A stretch of DNA of 63,618 bases, filler included, from Octopus bimaculoides (Eukaryota), in the NCBI RefSeq assembly GCF_001194135.2. It is 4 parts of 3 records of this genome, joined end to end, with 100 filler letters (N's around TTAATTAATTAA, not from the genome) between each part and the next. Parts side by side here need not be neighbours in the genome. Positions count along the whole stretch, not along the records: positions 45,357 to 60,423 come from NC_068981.1; positions 60,524 to 63,618 come from NC_068994.1; 2 more parts are not named here. One strand, written 5' to 3'. Shown one piece after another: positions 50,166 to 62,680 of this stretch (its first letter is position 1; each line of letters opens with the position of its first letter). The position numbers and the translations under genes were made by a program. The notes beneath the pieces were generated by a model. The model saw only the letters and a list, made by a program, of their open reading frames with translations, did not search any database and was not told the DNA's origin.

Positions 50166-51898
50166 TTATTCCGTCAGCCACCACAGTTTTACTTCTCCAA
50201 GGTAATTTAACCCATGGTCAACACATCTATACATTGTATTTATACTTTATTCGGTTTTCCATTGTGGTATAAAACAATTTTGACACGCGATTTATTTTTA
50301 AATCGATAAGTTTTAAGACCTTTGCAGGTAAAACTAATGCTGTGTTTGCCACAAGAAATACTAAATAGCCAATAAAAGAATAAGTCATTAATAAAAGAAA
50401 ATTATATATGATAATAGTTTTGATCAATATCTCCCGTTGAAGTAGCTAAATTAACAACTCTTTAACACTTACAAAATACTAAAAACTGAAATGTTCAACG
50501 TGGGAACTTGCTTCAAAGAAATTGCCATAAAATATACCTAAAGACATCGATATATTGACAGAAAACCAAACTAATGACATTAAGAGGAAAGACGTGAATT
50601 CCAATATAAGAAAGTGACAAGAATGTTTTATGAGAACAACTAAATTGTTTCAAATACGTCTATCAGAACGTCTTGAATGAAATTATTTGCAAAATAAACT
50701 GTAAGAGGACAGTCTTTTGTCCAATAATTGGAAGAGAGAGGTGAATGTCAGTAAATATTAAGAACGCTTCGTATATTTACTTTCATAAAATTCTGTTTCT
50801 TAAATAAAGATCTTCACTATATATGTACAGTATTTTCAAAATTCGTGCAAGACAAGTATGTTACAAAAGCCGAGGCTGATCGTTGCGTCCCTACCACGAA
50901 TGTAGATAATAGAAAGTAAAAGAAATATTAGCTGAAGCGATGTTCGTCATTAGCATTAGGAGTAGGGAAACGATTTTGTAGAAAAACTGTTTACGGCGAG
51001 AAACGAACGTTGAATATTTTAGCATTATATGGCTTAATATTTTAAATGAATAATAATTATTGTCGATAATAGATGAAAAACACACTGGTCTATAAGCCTG
51101 ACATATTTTTGTAAAACTCTTTGAGAAGCATGAGCAGAGATTATTATCAGGTGTTTTGCACATGTATTTTTAATAGGGTTAGGATTGAATTCGCCAGCTG
51201 TTATTCACACAGGTTTCTGTGACATAAGCATACAGATTATAGATCACTACATGCAAAATAAGTTGGGGAATTCAATTCTCACGAAGAATGTTTACTCGAT
51301 GACTAGTTTATCTGCTTAAAATGCCTTGTTTTACAATAGGGAAACTAACAAACAAAGAAAAAAAGAGCAGGTGATGTTAACAATCTGAAATATTTTTCTA
51401 TCAGTGTCTATAGGAATCATTGTAACAGGAGGCTGAAATATTTCATAGAATATAAGTTCCATATTACATATAGAGACAAGAAACACTTATTCGATATATC
51501 TTCCTGTACATTAGCAAATGATCATTAAGGGGAAAATATTTCGTGTTTGCCGTTGTGAAGACTTTATATGCTTCTATACAAAGGGACAGACTGCAGAGTT
51601 GACTTATGAAGTACATAACAACTGAAGCCATATAATAAGTTGGTGTCTATAAGGAAAGCTTAGTTCTAACCCTTAGAACAGTACTCTCTGCCAATCAGAA
51701 GAGAAATTGAAGGCTGTCCTCAGTTTCATTTAGAACTCTTTCCGGTTCTTTAATGAAGAGCTTTTACCTGAAGCACCAGATCTTGCTTCTCCTCACGACA
51801 CCCAAACTTAATCATGTTTTACGAATTCATTATCGGCTTTTACTGTCGTAAATCATAATTTTTTTCTGCAAATATTAGTGTATTTTCTTTGCATTCAG

Positions 51899-51982
51899 AT
51901 GTCTACCAAAAGTGGAAAATTAACTCCAAGCACAGCAGAAGATAATTTTCTCTTTACCAAGAAGACTATATTAGTAGCAAAG
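51899..51982 (+). CDS. Candidate symmetric exon (MSTKSGKLTPSTAEDNFLFTKKTILVAK)
   Basis: Strong acceptor tattttctttgcattcag, donor aag|gtgtgc, and only phase 0 open. Confidence 0.3.
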
Positions 51983-53129
51983 GTGTGCTATGTTTTTCAT
52001 CCTAATAAGTAAACGATATTTCAATGACTGAGTTTCATTATTATTGCAAAATATATTCACATATATCGAGGAAATATTTTTTCCAGTAGCGGCTAACTTA
52101 TTCCATACAGAAGTGCATGAATGGTGCAGTCAGTTGATAAACGCATAAATAAACAAACATACAAGTCTACTGTTAAATTTTCGTTGTACATTTTATTTGA
52201 GATGAGACTGAGTAAGTAAATATAAATTACCAGGCAAACATGTGAACTATTTACTGCTCCAAGTAATCAAATCTATTGTCTGAAAATTCTATTTTAGCGT
52301 AATTTTTAAGCCTAGATTCACTTTCAAGTTTCCAGTGAGTTATCCTTTTATTGTATGTAAGAAGGCTATAGTCATCGAGTTAGCTAAGTAATCAATATCA
52401 TGAATGGTTGATCACAACAAAAAGTTCTCTACTTTCATTCGAATGTCGAGATAAAGCTATTTGCTATACATACATACATACATACATACATACATGCTTA
52501 CATACATGCGTACATGCATATATCTTTTCAAGGTTAACCAGGAACTAGATGAATAACAATCTTCTTCCGCACGCAATCTGAAAATATTCAAGTCAGCTGC
52601 TTCTTAAGGAATTTTTAGCAACCTATGTTCTTGATAATTTCCAGTCGATTTGATGTGTTCGTGAGTTGGAATAGCTTTAAGTAGATCTATTTGAAATAGT
52701 TATTTACATTTTGTTGTGTATTTTTCGACGAAAGTTTTCTATTAGAAAATTAAAATTCATTAAATGCAATTCTTACCTTTATAGTAGCCTGCTAAATTCT
52801 AAATGTATCATTACTCAAACTAATAGCAAAGAAACAGGAAATCTACTTTTAATCCAGATTGTTGACAATGTAGACACGTATTTTAATTTTCTTCGATTTC
52901 TTGTCTCAGGAATCCACGTTGCCTTCTCAACTACTTTTATAACCTTTCCGTGAAGTAGAAGCAGTTTCATAGGCAGATATCTCCAACACAATTCAAACCC
53001 GAATTTTTCAGACATTCAGCTTTATGCAAATCCATCCAGTTAACCTGCATCTTCTGACTTCAATCGATTAGTTTCATTATTAGCAGCCTGTTTAGATTCA
53101 GTATTACCAGTATTTTAGTATTACAGCAC

Positions 53130-53285
53130 TAGTTACATTCTGAGTTCAAATTCCGCCGAGGTCGACTATGCCTTTCATCCTTTTAGGATCGATAAAATAA
53201 ATACCAGTTGAACAATGGGTCGATATTATCGACTTACTCCGCCCTCGAACTTTCTGGTCTTGTGCCATAATTTAAAACCAATATT
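53130..53285 (+). mobile_element. 5'-truncated family A SINE
   Basis: ttacattctgagttcaaattccgccgaggtcgactatgcc...cttgtgccataatttaaaacc. Confidence 0.85.
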
Positions 53286-53339
53286 ACAACACTACTAAAT
53301 AGTATTTTAATACTGAAGTAGAGTATCAGTGATCAGGTT

Positions 53340-53640
53340 GTTTGTACCTTCTCGAGCCATGCCTGGCTAATAAGGACCAGTTTCCCAGTTTCATTGGCGT
53401 ATAGGGTTCCCCACCTGGACGGGACGTCGGTCTGTCGCAGGTAAGCTGCTAGATGCAGGAGGAAAGACTGGGAGAAATTTGTAGCGAAAGAGTCAGCAGA
53501 AATTCGCCATTACCTTCTGCCGGAGTCGCGTGGAGCTTAGGTGTTTCGCTCATAAACACACACATTGCTCGGTCTGAGATTCGAACCCGCGATCCCTCGA
53601 CCGCGAGTCCGCTACTCTAATCACTAGGCCATGTGCCTCT
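53340..53640 (-). mobile_element. tRNA(Arg-like)-headed SINE, family B-related, with a 12-bp TSD
   Basis: TSD agtgatcaggtt at 53328-53339 and 53641-53652. Head: agaggcacatggcctagtgattagagtagcggactcgcggtcgagggatcgcgggttcgaatc. Confidence 0.9.
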
Positions 53641-53675
53641 AGTGATCAGGTTAACCGACATTATTAATTCAACAT

Positions 53676-53907
53676 AAGGCAGCGAGCTAGCAGAAACGTT
53701 AGCACGCCGGGCGAAATACTTAGCAGTATTTCGTCTGCCGTTACGTTCTGAGTTCAAATTCCGTTGAGGTCGACTTTGCCTTTCATCCTTTTGGGGTCGA
53801 TAGATTAAGTACCAGTTACGCAATGGGGTCGATGTAATCAACTTAATCCATTTGTCTGTCCTTGTTTGTCCCGTCTATGTTTAGCCCCGTGAGCAATAAA
53901 GAAATAA
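53676..53907 (+). mobile_element. Full-length family A SINE
   Basis: Near-identical to 44781-45013. Confidence 0.93.
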
Positions 53908-54769
53908 CTATTAATTCATCATAACCTAAATGATAATGTAATAAAATAATGACAGGGTAAAAATAAATACAACAGTGTTTCATTTCAATGTTTACAATGA
54001 GTCTACCACGATGGAGTGTAATCCCAAAGCACAATCTCAAACGAAATCATTTACTAAATAAATACAACTAACGAGTAAATATTTTGTTCAATATACATCT
54101 CTAGCATCTGAATTAAGTAAATCGTACAGTTTATAGCTCGTATAACTTCACAGATCGCTTTTAATCCATCTAGATACATTTGTGTAATAACGCATTCATG
54201 GTTTTATCTGTGGGATAAGTTTGAGTAGTGAAAGAAAAATTTAGCTTGTATTCTAAAGTATGCTTTAGATTTTATTATTTAATAGTCGTTCCAGAGAAAA
54301 CCATCATTTTATATTCCAATGATAGTATCAGTGTAAGACAGGCAAATTATAATTAACAGCCTGAAAATGAAATTAACGTAACTAACCAGTTTTGCATCTG
54401 GAAATAAACTAGAGAGGAATTCTGACAAAATATAATTATGAGCGGATGTTATAAATCAGTCAACATTTATTATCACTAAGCTTCCATCTTCACATCATAT
54501 CGCTCGTGAACACAGCAGCTAAATCCCAACAAGCAGCAGCAGCCAAAATCGGGAATATCCTGCCATTGTTCTTTAAGGGAACACGTTTAAAATTATATAT
54601 ATCCTGTTGTCTACATTTATTACACATAACTTTACTGAGTATAATTTATACCCTAGGGAACAGGCCGGTATCCGCAAATTTACTTCTAAATATGTATGAC
54701 GCTGTGTTAAGGCTAAAGTTAATTTGTGTATGTGAAAGTTAGACGTTTATATTTTATACAGTGTACCAT

Positions 54770-54895
54770 GCAGTTTTATATGAAGGATTGTGGGTTGGCA
54801 GAATCGTTAGAGTGTCAAACAAAATAACTTCTGGTATGTATTTTGGCACTTTACATTCTGAATCCAAATCTTACAGAGATATACTTGTGTTTAAA
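54770..54895 (+). mobile_element. Old degenerate family A SINE head
   Basis: gggttggcagaatcgttagagtgtc...ttacattctgaatccaaatc. Confidence 0.6.
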
Positions 54896-54900
54896 TATCT

Positions 54901-55095
54901 TTTTCTACTCTTGGCACAAGGCCCGAAATTTGGGAGGAGGGGGCCAGTCGATTAGATCGACGCCAGTATGCAACTGATACTTAATTTATCGACCCCGAAA
55001 CGATGAAAAGAACTTGAACTCAGAATGTAAAGACAGAGGAAATACCGGTAAGAATTTCGTCCGGCGTGCTAACGTTTCTGCCAGCTCGCCGCCTT
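54901..55095 (-). mobile_element. Family A SINE with an internal deletion
   Basis: The reverse complement starts aaggcggcgagctggcagaaacgttagcacgccggacg and ends ggccttgtgccaagagtagaaaa. Confidence 0.9.
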
Positions 55096-55679
55096 ACTTC
55101 AATTTAATCAATTCAATCATCTACAGATTTGTGACAACAAGCAATGGGTTAGAATTGTGCTGTAGAACTCAAATCTTCGGTGATAAGTGTAACTTTCTTT
55201 GTCATTGCCAACACACAAAACTGCTGGCCGTGCGCCATAATTTAAAACAACTATTTTGTTACTTTTCAATGATTTTTACCAAGATTTGAAAGGTAAGGTA
55301 GAACTGGAAGTTATTGTTTGATAAAATATAAAATGTAGTTTCTGGGATTGTAATTACGTACAATACAATATTTCTATTCGTGTCTTCCTCCTCATTATGA
55401 GAATGACTTCATAAGTCAGCAATTGGGGTTTGTTTTGCCATAGTTATTACATTATTCATTAAGTCTTTCTGGTATTTTTGTTCCTAGAGGAACATTCTAG
55501 TTCTTCCAATAGTCTCACACATTAATAGAGTAAAACCAAAAACTTCAACAGAATAAAATCAAAGCATTCAGGTCGATGTAAATATGAATCGCAGCTGTCT
55601 CAAAATACTAGTAAGGTGCTACCTTCCATTGGGGCATAATGTTGTTGTTAAACTACAGTAACACCTTACGAGGATCCAC

Positions 55680-56338
55680 GGATCTTTTTTAAAACGGGGG
55701 CCACATTTTTCATTAACGAAACACTTTGAAACTTGGAACATTGGTAGAATGTGTCATATAAAACATCTTTTTCTCTTAGTCTTNNNNNNNNNNNNNNNNN
55801 NNNNNNNNNNNNNNNNNNNNNNNNNNNNNNNNNNNNNNNNNNNNNNNNNNNNNNNNNNNNNNNNNNNNNNNNNNNNNNNNNNNNNNNNNNNNNNNNNNNN
55901 NNNNNNNNNNNNNNNNNNNNNNNNNNNNNNNNNNNNNNNNNNNNNNNNNNNNNNNNNNNNNNNNNNNNNNNNNNNNNNNNNNNNNNNNNNNNNNNNNNNN
56001 NNNNNNNNNNNNNNNNNAGGGTTAGGGTTAGGGTTAGGGTTAGGGTTAAAGCAAATTTAAAATGAAAAAAGCAAATAAAACGAAGGTATGGAATTAAATA
56101 CGCTTTACATCGCTTAATCAGCCAAAGGAGTAAATGTAAACAACTGAATACTTGTCAGTGATTGGTTGAAATTATCGAAATAAGACAATTTTTTACATGA
56201 AATAAATTTGAATACAAAAATATTTTTCTGTTCTATAACACAAAATAGATAAGTATACGAAGTTTGAAAGTCTTTCCGTACCAAAAACACTACGTAAAAC
56301 ATTAATGAAAAATGTGGCGCCCGTTTTAAAATAGATCC
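55680..56338. mobile_element. Non-autonomous DNA transposon (Merlin-like) with about 37-bp TIRs, an 8-bp TSD and internal (GGTTAG)n
   Basis: TSD ggatccac at 55672-55679 and 56339-56346. TIRs GGATCT(T/A)TTTTAAAACGGG(G/C)GCCACATTTTTCATTAA at 55680-55716 and 56302-56338. Telomeric repeat at 56019-56049 next to the gap 55784-56018. The Merlin call is inferred from the GG termini and the 8-bp TSD. Confidence 0.75.
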
Positions 56339-56505
56339 GGATCCACATTACCAGACCCCAGTTTTAAGAGTTTTATTTTTCAAGCACAAGATCCAAATTT
56401 TGAACAAATTGCAAGAGTTTCTATCACAATAACAAATCCTTCTGCATATTACCGAGAAATTTATAGAGAGCGAAAATAAACTTTCTTCCAAGTAAATAAC
56501 TTTAG

Positions 56506-56643
56506 GCTTGTTTTTTTAAAAAGAAATCTACAAGTCCGTCTACGAGTGCTTGTGAGTTGACGATCGCGTCTACAAATGATCGTGTGCGCGAGTCTAGTGC
56601 GAGCGAAAGTGATTCAGAAAACGATTATAATTTTTTATCATAA
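56506..56643 (+). CDS. Candidate terminal exon (ACFFKKKSTSPSTSACELTIASTNDRVRESSASESDSENDYNFLS*)
   Basis: Acceptor aataactttag, CpG-rich 45-codon open frame with an acidic Ser cluster, followed by AT-rich sequence. Confidence 0.3.
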   Translation, partial: ACFFKKKSTSPSTSACELTIASTNDRVRESSASESDSENDYNFLS

Positions 56644-57003
56644 ATGATCTTGACATTCCTTTCACTTTACATAAAATATTCTTTACATTCTACTGTTGTT
56701 TTATTGCCACTTATATACGAGTATTATAAATTTCATAGGTAAAATAATTTTCTGGGAACGAATTAAGATTCATAACATTGCTACTATGAGAAATTATTGC
56801 TCTGTTTTACGAGTTTTCGTTTTGCGAGTGATCTCCTGAACACATTAACTCGTACATCGAGGCATTACTGTATATACAATGCCATCTATGGAAAAGACTA
56901 CTCTGCGATAGATATCAAGAAGATCTCTGCTATTGATTGTTTATACATATGTATCAACACTAAGAATATAAGTATTCTACAAATATTTCCATCAAAACTA
57001 CGA

Positions 57004-57208
57004 TGGTGAGCTGGCAGAATCCTTTGTACTCCGGGAAAAAAATGTTTAGCTGCATTTCGACCGTCTTGAAGTTCTGAGTTCAAATTCCACCGAGGTTGAT
57101 TTTGATTTTCAACCCTTTTGAGATCGATAAACTAACAGTGGGATCGATGTAATCGATTTACCCATCCACTCTGGATTTGTTGGCTTTGTGTCAAAATTTG
57201 AAACCAAT
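57004..57208 (+). mobile_element. Degenerate family A SINE
   Basis: ggtgagctggcagaatc...gttctgagttcaaattccaccgagg...gtgtcaaaatttgaaaccaat. Confidence 0.85.
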
Positions 57209-57395
57209 ATTTCCATCTATATGTCCACCAAGTACGAGCATAACAGGTCTGGTAAAATTGTTTGAGACAGACCGTAAAATTATGCACAATCACTAAGTAA
57301 TTGTTGCATTGAAGATGTGAACACTTAAAGCCAAAATCAATGAGAAAGGGAATATTTACGGCAATTGCTACGGAATCTACAGCTTCTCTTCTCAG

Positions 57396-57476
57396 ATGAT
57401 AAATTCACATTTATACCTATAATTAGCGATGATATGAAATGCAAATGTGACAATCAAGAAAAGGTTGCCAGGCAAA
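57396..57476 (+). CDS. Candidate symmetric exon (xDKFTFIPIISDDMKCKCDNQEKVARQ), phase 1-1
   Basis: Acceptor cagcttctcttctcag and donor caaa|gtaacc. Confidence 0.18.
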
Positions 57477-58509
57477 GTAACCAATGGACAAGTATTTGGC
57501 AATCGCTCACATTTTTATTTCTAATTACTGAAAAAAATTTTTTTTTAATTATCCCATCGTAGCGCACTGAAATCAAAGGCTCCAGTTTGACCTTAGACCC
57601 GAGGTTAACGTGTTAATGAAGAATAGAATTAGAGAGAAAACATTCTCATCACTAATGAAGTGCCAAAAACATTTATAGAGAATTGTATTTGTAAATACAA
57701 AAATACATAATTAATTTTTAAAAATAAATAAATGTGAGTGATGTGGCACTCTGAAGCAGTCGTAGTCAATAAAAGCTGATGGGCAAGTGCATTCACTGAA
57801 TAATTGAATTGCTTAAAAAATGCTACGTTGGCAGCTTGTAAATTGACTATTTTATAGCAGTCTAGGTTATATAGATTAGTTTGTGGTATGGTAGTTTGAA
57901 CGGTAAACAAAGTGAGTGGTCACAGAATTGATAGTAGATTAAGTAAATCAAAGAGAGAGATTGGTTGCGGATTAACTAAAAGATAGTGGGTGTTTTTGTA
58001 GAAGCGGTTCAATTATTAATTTTATTGACATAAAGTATATTAAATCGAAAAAATTAAAAGATGAAAATGTATCTAATGTAAATTAATTTATGATAAAATT
58101 TATATTATACATACATTATATTACACACACACATATAATATATGCATAGAAGATGTATCATACATACATACATACATACACACACACATACATACATACA
58201 TACATACATACATACATACATACATACATACATACATGGTGGAATCGACTCATGTCCAAATAAAACCACTTTCCATGCGCATTTCCCTCTAAGAAGCATC
58301 TCAAATTTGATGCCCTCATTACTGATGACGTTTCATTTGGATCGTAAGGCCTGCGAAATAATAACAAGTTATCCAACAATCATCATAAGTCAGCTCCTAC
58401 CCCCAACCCCCAGCAGCAGCCTGATCATCCGGACGTCAGGACCTACAATGCTGAGTAGGTCCACCTTCCGACTCACACACTCTGCTACACAGGTTGCTCG
58501 AGAGATCAT

Positions 58510-60325
58510 GCTGGACGTCTCATTAGTAGAAGAGGAACGCCTCCATGGACATGCATGTGGCTAAGTAAGTCTACCTTTGAAAAGCAGATGCGGCCGTACT
58601 TGTTACACGAAAGGCACTCATTTGTATCCTTCACAAGAAGAGGGTTCATATCCTCCATATATTTACAGAACGTCTTAATGTATACAGTTCTGTTGCTCTC
58701 GAATTCTTCGTCAGTAATAGCAGTCAGATTCCTCCACAGCTCCCTATTTTAAGCGAGATCTTTCCCGGTATTAGTATCGGCATTGATCTTGTTATGTATG
58801 TAATGATTGTCTCTGAAACGCTTGCGTGAATTCCACTGGGGACGTTTTCCTTGCTCCAGTTCACCAAACAACACCTGTTTTGGCATGCTAAACGGATATG
58901 ACCAGACCATATAAGTTGGTGCTTCATAATCATGAATTCGATAATCATCATTTTCGCCAGATGCAGTACTCTCGTATCAGGCACACGAGATCGACATAAG
59001 ATCTTCAGAATAATACACAAACATCACTAGTGGAATCGGTCGAGACGGTGGATCTGCTTGCGGTAGGTTGTCCAGGTTTCACATCCATTCAATAGCACTA
59101 AGATACATGCTTGGTAGACTTCAACGACCAGATTCTCGATCAAGCTTTCCAAATTATCAGAGTCATTAAAAAAATCAATAACTGACCACCTCGTCAGGTG
59201 CATTAAATTGAGATAGTGTGCTATCAAGGTAGACAAACGTATTCACGAAGTCTAAAGTAAATAATGTACGTATCGACGAATTTTAATTTTCACCTGTGAT
59301 GATGTGATGACTATAATTATGCTACAACCGATCTGGTGCTGGTTGTAGCATGATTACGGTCTGATAGTAAGTCCAAACTTATCACAGGCAGCTGCAGTGT
59401 GGTTTACGAGTGTGGGTTACGAGATCGCATCTTCAGCGTAAATGAGATCATGAATGAGAGCCACGAAAGATTTTGTTACTGCGGTAAAACAAGGGATATT
59501 GAAGAACTTCTTTTATGGTAACGGATCTAGATACCAGCATTGCTATGTACAAGAGCTTGCAAGCTAACAACAGCAAAGAAAATTACGAATAATTTTGAAG
59601 CCAGGAGGCCATTCTGTTTAACACCAGATTCAACTAAGATGGGTTCTAGGTGTTCACCGTTGACACAAAACCTATGCTTTCAAATTGTCATGAGGAGATT
59701 AAATGAGCTCTGTAAACTTTTCCGGATACCCCGGCTTAATAAGGACACCCAAAGAGTTGGCCTATGCACAGTGTCAAAGGCCTTAGTAAGATCGATGAGA
59801 CACTGACACAGATTAAGCTGTGCTCTACACTTCTCTTGAACCTGTCGGGTTGTAAAGAACATATCAGTGGTACTTCAATCTGGCTGGAAGGCACAATGTT
59901 ACTCAGAAAGAATGTCTAGTGCACCACGGTCCGGCAACCGAATGAGAAGCATCCTTGCAAGGATGTTGCCAACAACTGACAACGGGAGGTCCCACAGTAG
60001 TTGTCACATCTCTTTGAGTTCTTTGGTTGTACAATGAAACGAAGATGGTATCTCTCCACTCTTGAGAGTTTGCACCTCTTGTCCAAACTGTGTGAAATAT
60101 GATAGATGAAAGCCCCAGTATCTCATCACCAGTTCAGCAACAATGCCATCAATACTAGGGGCTTTGCCTGGTATTCATCAACTTTACAGCTACCGTTATT
60201 TCATCCTTAGTGGATGGAAGATAGAAGATCGACGACTAATTCTCCATCCAAGGGTATTTTTCATCTCAAAGTTCCGCACGCAATTATCTATAACATTATC
60301 TACTTTGAGTTCACCATTAAAAATA
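58510..60325 (-). mobile_element. 5'-truncated degenerate RTE-clade LINE
   Basis: GKAPSIDGI, FTTRQVQEKCR...IDLTKAFDTVHRPTLW, LLNGCETWTTYRKQIHRLDRFH, QLIWSGHI and the terminal GRICFSKVDLLSHMHVH zinc-finger remnant are all typical RTE ORF motifs. Confidence 0.92.
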
Positions 60326-60338
60326 ATATACTGTGCAT

Positions 60339-60412
<74 letters not shown>

Positions 60413-60523
60413 ATATGTATATANNNNNNNNNNNNNNNNNNNNNNNNNNNNNNNNNNNNNNNNNNNNTTAATTAATTAANNNNNNNNNNNNNNNNNNNNN
60501 NNNNNNNNNNNNNNNNNNNNNNN

Positions 60524-60817
60524 GTACTTATTCTATCGGTCTCTTTTGCCGAACCGCTAAGTTACGGGAACATAAACACACCAGCATCGTTTGTCAAGCA
60601 ATGCTAGGGGGACAAACACAGACACACAAACACACACATATATATATATATATACATATATACAACGGGCTTCTTTCAGTTTCCGTCTACCAAATCCACT
60701 CACAAGGCTTTGGTCGGCCCGAGGCTGTAGTAGAAGACATTTGCCCAAGATGCCACACAGTGGGACTGAACCCGGAACCATGTGGTTGGTAAGCAAGTTA
60801 CTTACCACACAGCCACT
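60524..60817 (-). mobile_element. Family C SINE with an internal microsatellite
   Basis: The reverse complement head is ggcgcaggagtggctgtgtggtaagtaacttgcttaccaaccacatggttccgggttcagtcccactg. Confidence 0.9.
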
Positions 60818-62041
60818 CCTGCGCCTATATATATATATTTATATATTTATATTCATATACACATGTATATGCCTATTATATACAAATATTTGTATATTCT
60901 TGTATTGGTTAAGTACACTCACAAACATGCACACACACACGCACACACACACACATGCATCTACATATGTAAGTGCAAACTTATGCTTCTAATTTTATAT
61001 ACATACATATGTATACACAAGTGTTGATATTTGTGTGTATGTGTGCTGATATATGTGTATGCGTGTGTATGTATGTCTGCATACATGATTTCAATAACAC
61101 TAATTATTATAATGTATTTATAATTATTTTATATAATTGTTTTTTTTTATATAACCAACTTATAAATTCATTTTCTTTCTAAATTACCTTTTCATTGATT
61201 TGTGTAGATTCATACATAGTTATATATTGACATGTGTATATATACAGTTCTATATTTAAGAGATGTGGTATTATGTACATTCGTTTCTTTTTCATCTAGT
61301 TGGTTTGTGTTGATGTTTTTAAGAAATAAATGTGAAAAAGAAAAGTTGAAGTATTTCAAGTTTATACTTACATTCTTCATCCATTTCTTTCTCTGCAAAG
61401 ACAATTTGAAAATATGTTAATATTACACTTTGTATCTTATATACACATGTGCATGCATATGTGTGTGTGTTTGTATATACATACATATTAGTTTCTTTAG
61501 TTTGTTTATAGTATGTTGTTGCATATGAAAAGCTATTATTTACCATTAAAACTGATGGCACTTGTTGTCAGGAGCTATTTAGCTTAATGATGAACTGCGT
61601 AACTAATGTCTAACTGCATAGGTTCAATTCCTGCTGTTGACTGTTGTCAACTTTTTATATACTTTCTTGTCTGTAAAATATATATACAGTGATGCCTCAC
61701 AGCATGAGTTTAATTCGTTCCATGACTGAGCCCTTCTTACGATTTACTCATGTTGCAAATAAATTTTCCTCTTGAAATTAAATAAAATATAATTGATTTT
61801 TTCCAGCTCCCAAAAACCACTCAAAAATAATTTTTTATGGTAAGATACAGAAATAAATTTATTTCTCAAACGCGTGATCAGGATAAATTATCCATTTACT
61901 GCAGAAAAATACAATACATCTCAACGCTTCTAAAAAAGAACAAACTTTGTTTGTTCACTTTCATCGCAAAGTTGAATTTAATGTTAGCGTCTTATGAAGC
62001 TAAATTTATAAGTTCTAAAATTGCAGAAGAATTCGTTGCTG

Positions 62042-62113
62042 GGCAGTTTAGTTTAATGGTAAAACACTTGACGCGTAATCACAGAGATGTGAGTTCGAGT
62101 CTCATGGCTGGCC
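62042..62113 (+). tRNA. tRNA-Thr(CGT)-like sequence, probably a pseudogene or SINE head
   Basis: Foldable cloverleaf: acceptor GGCAGTT/GGCTGGC (one mismatch, two G-U), D stem GTTT/AAAC, T arm GTGAG-TTCGAGT-CTCAT, anticodon CGT at 62074-62076. G replaces U33 and the anticodon stem has a 1-nt insertion. A/B boxes are intact and a T5 lies at 62123-62127. Confidence 0.6.
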
Positions 62114-62494
62114 AGTAACGTATTTTTCTGCAATAAATGGATAACGCTTCTAAAAAAGAACAAACTTTGTTTGTTTACTTTCATCGTAATTTTTTATGGG
62201 TTTTAAAACAGAAAAGGAGTAGATACAAGTAAAATGACAATTATAAAAAAGAGAATGCAAAAGAAATATGTGAACTGGTTTTATTAACTGAATAACCTTA
62301 AAGATGAGATGATTTGTGCGCTACTCATACTGTGGATTTCCGGTTGTACTTCAAGACAAAAATTTGCACGAGTCTCAGTTCATACAGCAAATTACTTGTA
62401 CATTGGGGCACTCTTACTGTGAGGTTCTACTATGTATATATGTATGTATATATGTATGTATATATCATTGTGTTATCATCATTTGATATCCTCC

Positions 62495-62680
62495 TTCCAT
62501 GCTGACCAGACTTGTACAGCTAGACAGGAGCTAACAACTCAAAAGCTTTGCTGTCGGCTTTAGCATTCTTTCTCTGGTTGGATGCTCCTACTAATGCCAG
62601 CCACTTTGTGGAGTGCAGTGGGTGATTTTTATATGACACCGACAGCAATGAATTAACCAAATATCTTGAAAGTTGGGGTG
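62495..62680. mobile_element. Degenerate SINE fragment
   Basis: ggttggatgctcctactaatgccagccactttgtggagtgcagtgggtgatttttatatgacacc is related in reverse to 10140-10320. Confidence 0.45.

Noticed and set aside
56019-56049. (TTAGGG)n as a true chromosome end or telomere-healing site
   Set aside because: It is internal to a TIR/TSD-bounded element, with continuous sequence on both sides.
58322-58376. CUGAUGA...GAAA with a possible stem III and AUC site
   Set aside because: Stem II cannot close (C opposite C) and stem I is mismatched next to the core.
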